A stretch of 14,539 nucleotides of DNA, taken from contig JAOPTW010000107.1 in assembly GCA_051532035.1 (NCBI GenBank), positions 1 through 14,539 on the forward strand, read 5' to 3'. The notes beneath the pieces are model-generated. The model saw only the letters and a program-made list of their open reading frames with translations, did no database searches and had not been told where the DNA came from. Source of the stretch: Fibrobacterales bacterium. Lineage in GTDB: Bacteria; Fibrobacterota; Fibrobacteria; Fibrobacterales; JAOPTW01. A program made the translations under genes and the position numbers. Below, one piece after another: positions 8,501 through 14,539 of this stretch (position 1 is its first letter; each line of letters begins with the position of its first letter).

Positions 8501-11500
8501 CTACAGGGAATTCTCGTACAATAATCTACTCGCCCTTAGCTAACGTTGTGGGTAAAGATAGTTTTGATATAACAGTTAATGACGGTGAATTAATAGATAA
8601 AATAACAGTAAATGTTACGATTAATCCTTTGGGAGACAAACCGGTAATAAACAAAAGTACTATTAAAACTATTGATGTAGTTGAAGATGCACTTTCTGGC
8701 TCATCAGTTACATTGCAAGCGTCTGATGGTGATAACGATGTGTTAACCTGGAGCATAGTAACAGAAGCAGCGAAGGGGACTGCACAAGTATCCGGGGATA
8801 AAAGTAATTCTCAAGTTGTAAGTTATACTCCCTTTGCAGATGAGTATGGAGCAGATGCTTTTAGTGTTCAGGTGTCAGATAGCAAAGGGGGGACAGACGT
8901 AGTGTCCGTGCCCGTGAATATTTCTCCAAAGAATGATCAACCGATTATAACTGAATCAAATTTGACCGCAATTAGTGTTAAAGAAGATGCTTCGGGTTTT
9001 GTGATAATTACATTACATGCATTTGATATTGATGGAGATGTGTTGAGTTGGGAAATAGAATCACCAGCAACTAAGGGTGAAGTATCTGTAGTTTCTGGGA
9101 CAGGTAGTTCTCAGGGTATTACTTATAAGCCGTTACATAATGCAGTAGGAGCAGATGTCTTTACTGTAAAAGTATCTGATGGCTACAATGGATCTGATGA
9201 AATTTCAGTTCCGGTTATCATTACTCCGGTGAATGATGCGCCTGAAATTGAAGAGCCAAATGTTCTAATAATTTCAATAGGAGAAGATGACCCTAATGCA
9301 GTTATTTCACATTTGCATGCGAATGATGAAGATGGTGATGCTTTGAAATGGGCTATAAAATCGCATGCCCAAAAAGGTAGTGCGGCGGTATTGTCGGGGA
9401 ATGGTGATCAACAGGATATTAGTTATAAGCCTGCTACTAATGCAAGTGGATTAGATGAGTTTATTGTAGAAGTTTTTGATGGTAATGGGGGATTTGATGA
9501 AATAATAATTCAGGTAAATATATCTTCAGTAGAGGATGCTCCTTTGATAACAGATAAAAATGTGCCTCCTATTGAGGTTTTAGAAGATGCTTTAGAAGCG
9601 GGGAAGGCTGTTTTACATGCCTCTGATGGTGATGGAGATGCCTTGAACTGGATTATTAAGGAGGTGGCAGTTAAAGGAATTGCAACTGTGGCATCAGGTG
9701 TCGGTAATTCTCAGGAAATTAGTTATATACCTGGCAAAAATTCCAATGGAACAGATTCTTTTATTGTTGAAGTTTCAGATATGAATGGAAATAAAGATGC
9801 GGTAACGATTTCTGTGAATATTACTTCTATAAATGATGCCCCCACAATAGATGGTTCAAATGTAGTGACTGTGAATATTGATGAGGATGCGTTAAAGACG
9901 GTAATTGCTGAATTAGGTGCCTCAGATGTTGACGATGATAATCTAAGCTGGTATATAAGTCTCCAAGCCCTTAAGGGTGAGGCGGCAGTAGAAGGTACAG
10001 GGCAGGGAGTTGTTCAGAAAATCAGTTACAAACCAGCTGTAAATAAAAATGGTAGTGATAATTTTTCTGTTCGGGTTTCAGATAGAAAGGGTGGAAATGC
10101 TGAGGTAAATGTGACAGTGAACATAATACCGAAAGAAGATGCACCTGTAATAGCTGATATACAAACAATCGAAGTAGATGAGGATTCAAGTGTTGAATTT
10201 AATATAAATGCAGTTGATGCTGATGGGGATGTGATTTCTTGGAGAATATTATCTGGTCCTGATGTTGATAAAGGGACTGTTACAGGTGTTGAGGGTGTAG
10301 GGGAAATAAAAAATGTTACTTATACACCAAAGCCCGATTATAATGGTAGTGATTCATTTGTTGTAGAGGTTGAGAGTAATAACGGGTTGAAAGATCAGGC
10401 AACAGTAACAGTAAATGTTAAAAGTGTGAATGATGCTCCGTTTTTTACAGAAGAAAATGATACTTTAAGTGTGTTAGAGGATACAACAGTTAGTTACTCT
10501 CCTGTTGTAATTGATATTGATTCTGATCTAGCGACTATGAATTGGAGAATATTATCAGAGCCAAGCTCTGGCAATGTTTCTATTAATTCATCTCCATTAA
10601 TTACATATGTTCCAGATGTGAATTTTAATGGTACTGATGAATTTGTTGTAAAAGTAACTGATGATATGGGAGCATATGATATTCAGAGGGTGCATGTAAA
10701 AGTGGTGTCGGTTAATGATCCACCTATTATTATAGGTGATATTGTTATTACTGGTAAGGCAATTAGTGGTTATAGCTTACAATTTGGTACCAATGTGAGT
10801 TGTGTTGATGAGAATGATTTCGAAACTAATTCTTTGCCAATAGAATATGAGTGGTATAGAGATGATGCTGCAACTGGTGATAATGGTGAGAAGCTGAGTG
10901 TATCAGGGAACTCATATCAAGTAACAGACTTAGATACAAATAAATACATTTATGGTAAAATATCCTGTACAGATGAAGGGGGTGAAGTAGCTGTGAGTCA
11001 GAAAACAGAACATACTGCAAGGATTACAAGCTATATAGAAACCTTTATTGATAAGAGGGATGGGCAAGTCTATAAAAAAATCCTTATTGGGACGCAGGAG
11101 TGGATGGCTGAGAACCTTAATTACCGTACTCATAATGGTTTTGATCCAGATAGTGGATCATATTGTTATGATGCTGACTCTGAGAATTGTGAAAAATATG
11201 GTCGACTCTATGATTGGCACTCAGCTATGGATAGTTCAGCGGCTAGTGATGTATCTCCGAGTGGTGTAAATGGAATTTGCCCTGAGGGATGGCATATTCC
11301 AAGTGATGGGGAGTGGAGTGTTTTAAATGATTTTCTCATAAGTGAAGAGGAGTCGGGGGATGCCTTGAGAGCGTCCCATGGTTGGAATGCTCCCGGTACT
11401 GATAAGTATAGGTTTAGTGCGCTTGCCGCAGGGATACGCAATTGGCATTCATATTTGTACCTATATGGTGGTGAAGTGTATTTTACTGCTTATTGGAGCT

Positions 11501-11619
11501 CTACAGAAGTTGTCGGGAATGATACAAGCTCAATTGCATGGATATTAGAATGGAGGAACATTGATACACAGGTAAGATTGAAAATATGGGGATTGAGTGT
11601 CCGTTGTGTTAGAGATTAG
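5587..11619 (+). CDS. Giant (2010 aa) surface lipoprotein/adhesin: PKD domains, cadherin-like/tandem ~100-aa Ig repeats, C-terminal FISUMP (Fib_succ_major) domain
   Basis: AAGGAG RBS; signal peptide ending LIVISC; PKD-like YKWDFNGDG and EFDGNGD...AGTYTVVIRVTD; cadherin-like DEN...DADGD...FDFE; repeated NDAP...ED...DGDGD.L.W...YTP...G.D.F...VSD; C-terminal FIDKRDGQVYK...WMAENLNY...YGRLYDW...ICPEGWHIPS...YWSSTE...GLSVRCVRD (about 11041-11619). Confidence 0.92.
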   Translation: MKIYLSVLFFLFLIVISCDLFNEGNISRDYIVSIHTTKSISVDSIVVTKVIDEDTTVMVFNKSDIKSTPDTESGGEILEVSFSIMAENSAQIQVSYLCYSEGFVIIHKVSHFQLSDDNPLTSSYVDTLLVSLLEEYNNKKIVNDSLVDSVAIDSVKQLNSSIFHTITVNYMLAVDSSSIASQKFYSAYKKHTLLINDGDSSKVDTLSLFRDIRDSIIVNGLPVDSTMAMILPPGLSVAQILSELPAPLVKPNEPNGRFVFKGSIVSHAEDVARIDLLVSSKDSTDPVSIVAVYDSLTNEYSGFLDVYILKDSYSIDVMVYNSNKHLTGYWQKEFSSSTFNLSIAPIDAWNAKPWVAIDSIADYSINDRILPGFQAKDSLGSEGPISIMWKHGAGEYVRQTDSTFRITLPEILSLSYPVYIKVIDSDSNIAIDSIFLNVLQDVPVAIAGDSIITAVNTAVSFKGGATQDFGEINMYKWDFNGDGVFEDSSMVDTTYSYTYCYSGEYVARYWVMDDDGNYATDSLIVTVINSAPVIDSLSSDTLLSLTDVTITKDDSLFVVTKYSDTEGNLYLVEFDGNGDSVFESVDSLANAATGVSRFYYHYQKAGTYTVVIRVTDFDGKSVSKSLSVRVNTLPQIKTTTFEIDENSKSSFGPIISTDADGDLVQISVLSEYFTYSESTGMLTPAEKFDFETDSTHFIPIVAFDGIDSVFSQITVTIINLNDNKPVIVQDSVYTVNTKEDKIKTLTLTVSDADNDYSNLLWSIKKGFTASNGTVTGVLGSGKSKNINYIPKEDFNGLDSFVVVVTNESFVDEILIYVSISDQDDPANYTGTPVITGNKKVASPLTITNGDCYDTDDDVITWEYYWYRTVNRDSVGVLIGGANKSLYTLVAKDGGNFIYAQVMCNGVPKITAVSSEINAAPVIKNGDTYPIELNEDVPYEFSLEVEDVNDPNGEGILWSVSVSPSLGEVDMSATGNSRTIIYSPLANVVGKDSFDITVNDGELIDKITVNVTINPLGDKPVINKSTIKTIDVVEDALSGSSVTLQASDGDNDVLTWSIVTEAAKGTAQVSGDKSNSQVVSYTPFADEYGADAFSVQVSDSKGGTDVVSVPVNISPKNDQPIITESNLTAISVKEDASGFVIITLHAFDIDGDVLSWEIESPATKGEVSVVSGTGSSQGITYKPLHNAVGADVFTVKVSDGYNGSDEISVPVIITPVNDAPEIEEPNVLIISIGEDDPNAVISHLHANDEDGDALKWAIKSHAQKGSAAVLSGNGDQQDISYKPATNASGLDEFIVEVFDGNGGFDEIIIQVNISSVEDAPLITDKNVPPIEVLEDALEAGKAVLHASDGDGDALNWIIKEVAVKGIATVASGVGNSQEISYIPGKNSNGTDSFIVEVSDMNGNKDAVTISVNITSINDAPTIDGSNVVTVNIDEDALKTVIAELGASDVDDDNLSWYISLQALKGEAAVEGTGQGVVQKISYKPAVNKNGSDNFSVRVSDRKGGNAEVNVTVNIIPKEDAPVIADIQTIEVDEDSSVEFNINAVDADGDVISWRILSGPDVDKGTVTGVEGVGEIKNVTYTPKPDYNGSDSFVVEVESNNGLKDQATVTVNVKSVNDAPFFTEENDTLSVLEDTTVSYSPVVIDIDSDLATMNWRILSEPSSGNVSINSSPLITYVPDVNFNGTDEFVVKVTDDMGAYDIQRVHVKVVSVNDPPIIIGDIVITGKAISGYSLQFGTNVSCVDENDFETNSLPIEYEWYRDDAATGDNGEKLSVSGNSYQVTDLDTNKYIYGKISCTDEGGEVAVSQKTEHTARITSYIETFIDKRDGQVYKKILIGTQEWMAENLNYRTHNGFDPDSGSYCYDADSENCEKYGRLYDWHSAMDSSAASDVSPSGVNGICPEGWHIPSDGEWSVLNDFLISEEESGDALRASHGWNAPGTDKYRFSALAAGIRNWHSYLYLYGGEVYFTAYWSSTEVVGNDTSSIAWILEWRNIDTQVRLKIWGLSVRCVRD
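8335..10722 (+). repeat. Eight tandem ~100-aa cadherin-like/Ig repeats within the giant CDS
   Basis: The Asp codon of the (N/E)DxP linker falls at 8635, 8935, 9235, 9535, 9835 (exact 300-bp period), then 10138, 10432, 10717. The units are diverged at DNA level. Confidence 0.88.
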
Positions 11620-11625
11620 GTGCGA

Positions 11626-11671
11626 CCCGAATAAATTTATTTATTCGGGCGTAGCCCGATAAAATAAATTT
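11626..11671. repeat. Palindromic REP-like/hairpin element just after the adhesin stop codon
   Basis: CCCGAATAAA-TTTA-TTTATTCGGG (11626-11649) overlaps a second hairpin CGGGC-GTA-GCCCG (11646-11658). GTAG precedes a partial repeat, CCCGATAAAATAAATTT. Confidence 0.6.
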
Positions 11672-11673
11672 AA

Positions 11674-12006
11674 TGCTGTATGCAAGATGGTGGTAGGTCC
11701 ACCAACAGGGCGACCAGACGAACCTGTTAAATCACCCCACGGTGCTTCTTCCTAAGGGTAGAGATGTTGAGCGGTTGGGGAAAGGAGGGGGGATCTGAGC
11801 ATAAGCTCAAGGAAAGAAACATCCCAGATGCTCCTGTAGGAGCTGAATGAAAATGAACCGTCGATGAAGTATCGTAATTAACAAGATAGTTTGGAAAATT
11901 CAGGTTCTTTAGTTGACCTGGAGATAAGTGTAGGGGATGACTGGACGCTGTCTACATCTGACTCGGTATAAAGGCGGCAGGAACTACAGGAAGGCTTGCG
12001 TATGCA
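11674..12006 (+). ncRNA. Group II intron 5' portion (domain I-like structured RNA); no RT ORF or domain V/VI seen
   Basis: GC-richer non-coding tract. Basal stem 11677-11686 pairs with 11995-12004 (10 bp, 3 G-U). Internal stems at 11689-11703, 11704-11728, 11735-11780, 11790-11825, 11796-11809, 11830-11843, 11862-11874, 11901-11920, 11929-11956. Motifs TATGCAAG..GGTGG..GTCCACC, GATGAAGTATCG, GATAAGT and ATAAAGGCGGC resemble, from recall, domain I of bacterial IIB-type introns. Confidence 0.68.
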
Positions 12007-12072
12007 ACTAGCGGCTTAACCTCTACTTATTACATCGGTTAATAATTGGGGGATTACAGGTATAGCAATAGA

Positions 12073-12222
12073 TCAAATATTGATCTGATGAGAGGATAGA
12101 TATTTGGCAAATTTCATATCCTCTTCTAGAGTATGTTTAAAGAACCACTTGATAAGAAAATCGACAAGCTCAAGGGTCTTATCTTTGGTCACATTTCCCG
12201 ATGAGGTATAAGTGGTTAAATT
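12073..12222. repeat. Second copy of the 150-bp direct repeat (3' end of the intact hemerythrin gene)
   Basis: Ungapped manual alignment to 5197-5346: 21 mismatches in 150 bp, including a 59-bp identical run (5222-5280 = 12098-12156). Confidence 0.95.
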
Positions 12223-12480
12223 ATCAATTAAATCCGCATGAAGGTCGGCATGATCAGGTTGATCGGGGTAGTTGAACTTAAGCATGATGTTCTCTTCACT
12301 ACAAAAATGGAATTGAGCATAGAGTGAAAGTTCATCCATCATTCTCATAAGAAATTCATCATTATCTATTTTATGGGACTCTTCATAAAAATGTTTAATC
12401 AAGCTCAAGAAAAATTTATGCTGATCATCAATTGCGCTTACGCCAAGCTGATATTTTTCTTTCCACTCTAAATTATACAT
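12073..12480 (-). CDS. Single-domain bacteriohemerythrin (di-iron O2/metal-binding protein)
   Basis: W...Y.LGV..ID.QH, HFCSEE, HADLH and WFFKHTLEED give the full H, HxxxE, HxxxH, HxxxxD ligand set. Confidence 0.95.
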   Translation of the reverse strand: MYNLEWKEKYQLGVSAIDDQHKFFLSLIKHFYEESHKIDNDEFLMRMMDELSLYAQFHFCSEENIMLKFNYPDQPDHADLHADLIDNLTTYTSSGNVTKDKTLELVDFLIKWFFKHTLEEDMKFAKYLSSHQINI

Positions 12481-12509
12481 TCAGAAATTCTCATTCAATT
12501 TATAGTACT

Positions 12510-12538
12510 ATTGTAATGGAAAAAAGGGGATTTGTCAA
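12510..12538 (-). promoter_or_regulatory. Sigma70-type promoter of the hemerythrin gene
   Basis: Minus strand TTGACA (12538-12533)-N17-TACAAT (12515-12510), about 30 nt upstream of the ATG at 12480. Confidence 0.75.
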
Positions 12539-12561
12539 ATGATTAATAGTAAGCGTATAAT
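12532..12561 (+). promoter_or_regulatory. Divergent sigma70-type promoter overlapping the hemerythrin -35
   Basis: TTGTCA (12532-12537)-N18-TATAAT (12556-12561). Confidence 0.5.
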
Positions 12562-12707
12562 GATGGACTTAATTTCGGATGTGCATTCTAATTGTGAACA
12601 TTGAGTAATAAATGAAAAAAGGATCTTTCTTCTAATATTCGGGTAGACCCTAAACTATCCTTAAAATTGCGCTTATCATCCTAACACAGGGCTATAATTA
12701 GGTTTGT

Positions 12708-12794
12708 ATGTATCCAAAACTTTACAGTAGACTTGTGATTGTGGTTTTGGGGTTAGTGATAGTGTATTTAATACATCGTGATAGCGTTGCTTAA
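12708..12794 (+). CDS. Possible 28-aa single-transmembrane small protein
   Basis: MYPKLYSRLVIVVLGLVIVYLIHRDSVA*, a 14-residue hydrophobic core flanked by Arg/His. AGG lies 5 nt upstream and TATAAT at 12693-12698. May be a chance ORF. Confidence 0.3.
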   Translation: MYPKLYSRLVIVVLGLVIVYLIHRDSVA

Positions 12795-13086
12795 GTCTAT
12801 TCAGAGGTGAGTTGATTTAGTTGTTTGGTATTACTGTATTAAATGTATTTCGCATATACCTTTTTAATCGACATGTAAACTCTTGTTTTACCATTTAGAA
12901 AAAGGGCTGCTTAAAAGTTAAACGAAATGATGAGTAGATTCACCACCCCTTAGTGTAGACAAGTATGTAAGTGTCTGAGCATATAAATAGTGCTCATTTT
13001 TATACTATTCAAAAGAGCTAATTGGGGGGCAATTGTACAAGCAAAAAAATCCCTTTTTAATATATTTTAGTTATTCACTTTGCGTG

Positions 13087-14539
13087 ATGAATCAAATGAA
13101 GGGCAAATTCAATATGATTTATACAGTAGATTTTCTGGGATTACGAGTATTATTACTCTCTCTATTAGTTACAACGGGTGCACTCTCTGCACAAGAGGTG
13201 ATTTATCTTTACCATCCATGGGCAGAGGAGAAGGAGCCATCTCAAATTGCTAACCGAGATATTGTACCGAATATTACTTGTGATTTAGTGGTGAACAATG
13301 TCCCAATGACTCCTGTTTTTTCGGAGTATGGGGATTATTGGTATAAATATGAAAATACCACTGGTGGTACTTTTTCTAATTGTCTATTTGATTTGGGGGC
13401 AGGTGGTAAATATGGAAGAACAGGAATAGAAACTGGCTCTCCTTATGAGGAGATTGCTGTTAATTCTTCAAACATTAGAACTACAGATACCACTTGGATT
13501 CGCCCTGACTTTACTAAGTATGTTAAAACAAATGTTGGAGCTCCTATACATTCAGTACGCCCTCCTATTTTTGTTTATACAAATCCAAAGCAGAGTTTAT
13601 TGGTTCTTGAAGCCACTATTCGGGATTTTAGTCATAGCCATTCTGATTTTGAAAATAGTACTGGATGTCCCGGTGATCGTGCAACAGAAAATATGGTTCA
13701 AGATAATTTGGATAATGATCGGGATCCCATTAAGAAATGGAACTTATGCCAAAATAATAATTTTAATCAATGGTTTAAAAATACTTCTCAGAGTAAAACA
13801 ACAAAAAGAAACCTTGTATTAAAAAATAATGGAACGGTCTTTGAAAAGTTAGACAACTCATTTTTCCCTATTAATGATTTTAAAACGGTTAATGGGAATA
13901 ATAATTCAAACAATTATATTAACTCTAATCAACCGCATGACTCTCTAAATTTTCATTTCTGCATGGAAATTCATGCGGACTTTACCTATGAAAGGGGGAA
14001 TAATTTTTACTTTAAAGGTGATGATGATGTATGGGTGTTCATAAATGGGCAATTAGTAGTTGATATTGGTGGCATGCACGAAGCAATAGAGCAAACAGTT
14101 AATTTCGATCATTTAGGGTTAAATGAAGGGGATAATTATCCTTTTGATTTTTTCTTTTGTGAAAGGCATACTGTGGCATCAAATCTTCGGATTCAGACAA
14201 ACTTAAAGCTAAGTCAAGGGATTACTCCGCCAACTATATCTGATCCAGGGCCACAAAATATCAATGAGGATGAGAGTCTTACTTTAACGGTAACTGTTGA
14301 TGATAATGAACAAACACCAGACCAGCTTTCACTCACTGTGGTATCAGATACCCAAGGATTAATTGCTGATGGTAATATCACCGTAAGTGGGACAGGGGCT
14401 GATAGGACAATTTCAATTACGCCTGAAGATGATCAATTTGGTGGGCCGGTGACTATTACTATTAATGTTTCGGATGGGACATTGACCGCGCAAACAAGTT
14501 TTGAGGTGATGGTTGTTCCCGTGAATGATGCTCCAGTTC
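13087..14539 (+). CDS. Secreted fibro-slime (PA14-like) domain protein with cadherin-like/Ig repeats; 3' end outside window
   Basis: The frame is open to the window end (absent from the ORF track). Signal peptide ...RVLLLSLLVTTGALSA-Q; TIRDFSHSHSDFE, FNQWF, FFPIND, NFHFCMEIHADF, FKGDDDVWVFINGQLVVDIGGMH, DFFFCERHT are fibro-slime motifs; then INEDES...VSDG...PVNDAPV. Alternative starts at 13096 and 13114. Confidence 0.92.
   Translation, partial: MNQMKGKFNMIYTVDFLGLRVLLLSLLVTTGALSAQEVIYLYHPWAEEKEPSQIANRDIVPNITCDLVVNNVPMTPVFSEYGDYWYKYENTTGGTFSNCLFDLGAGGKYGRTGIETGSPYEEIAVNSSNIRTTDTTWIRPDFTKYVKTNVGAPIHSVRPPIFVYTNPKQSLLVLEATIRDFSHSHSDFENSTGCPGDRATENMVQDNLDNDRDPIKKWNLCQNNNFNQWFKNTSQSKTTKRNLVLKNNGTVFEKLDNSFFPINDFKTVNGNNNSNNYINSNQPHDSLNFHFCMEIHADFTYERGNNFYFKGDDDVWVFINGQLVVDIGGMHEAIEQTVNFDHLGLNEGDNYPFDFFFCERHTVASNLRIQTNLKLSQGITPPTISDPGPQNINEDESLTLTVTVDDNEQTPDQLSLTVVSDTQGLIADGNITVSGTGADRTISITPEDDQFGGPVTITINVSDGTLTAQTSFEVMVVPVNDAPV

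Larger units (their letters stand above)
5197..12222. mobile_element. Direct-repeat-bounded 6,876-bp cassette at the hemerythrin 3' end (putative integrated, non-autonomous element)
   Basis: Flanked by 150-bp direct repeats 5197-5346 and 12073-12222. Cargo is one giant surface protein gene plus an intron-like RNA. No recombinase is encoded. Mobility is inferred. Confidence 0.5.

Noticed and set aside
6840..11441. Short ORFs nested in the 2010-aa gene
   Set aside because: Shadow frames with no RBS or motif support.
12011..12047. GCTTAAC...GTTAATA resembling integron attC core sites near the end of the intron-like region
   Set aside because: Too short, the right core does not match GTTRRRY, there are no L boxes, and no integrase or cassette array is present.
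5360..12052. Weak inverted similarity CCCCATTATT (5361-5370) versus AATAATTGGGG (12041-12051) as transposon terminal repeats
   Set aside because: Short, gapped, not flush with the boundaries, with no target duplication or transposase.
5452..13028. 10-bp matches AGTAAGCGTA (5452 and 12548) and TAATTGGGGG (12043 and 13019)
   Set aside because: The flanks do not align, and 10-mer matches are expected by chance in 14.5 kb of AT-rich DNA.
13445..13822. 125-aa hydrophobic plus-strand ORF in the track
   Set aside because: Alternate frame inside the fibro-slime CDS, which has clear family motifs.
1..14539. CRISPR array, tRNA/rRNA genes, complete DGR, intact group II intron
   Set aside because: No regularly spaced short repeats, tRNA/rRNA signatures, RT ORF, template repeat or domain V were seen by eye.

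Overview
AT-rich bacterial window, probably Fibrobacterota (FISUMP and fibro-slime domain genes; inference). The left part is ordinary chromosome: a 5'-truncated siroheme/4Fe-4S sulfite/nitrite reductase, a HydE-like radical SAM gene, DUF547 and His-rich DUF3347 envelope proteins, and a degenerate HD-GYP protein. The main observation is a 6,876-bp unit bracketed by a 150-bp direct repeat of the 3' end of a hemerythrin gene (start-less remnant at 5197-5346, intact gene at 12073-12480). The unit carries a 2010-aa lipoprotein adhesin (PKD, cadherin/Ig repeats, C-terminal FISUMP domain), a palindromic element, and a ~330-nt structured non-coding region resembling a closed group II intron domain I, with no RT ORF or domain V visible. 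No integrase or transposase is in the window. Back-to-back sigma70-like promoters upstream of the hemerythrin overlap at their -35 boxes. The window ends inside a large secreted fibro-slime/cadherin-repeat gene missing from the ORF track. All family assignments are from motif recognition by eye; no searches were run.
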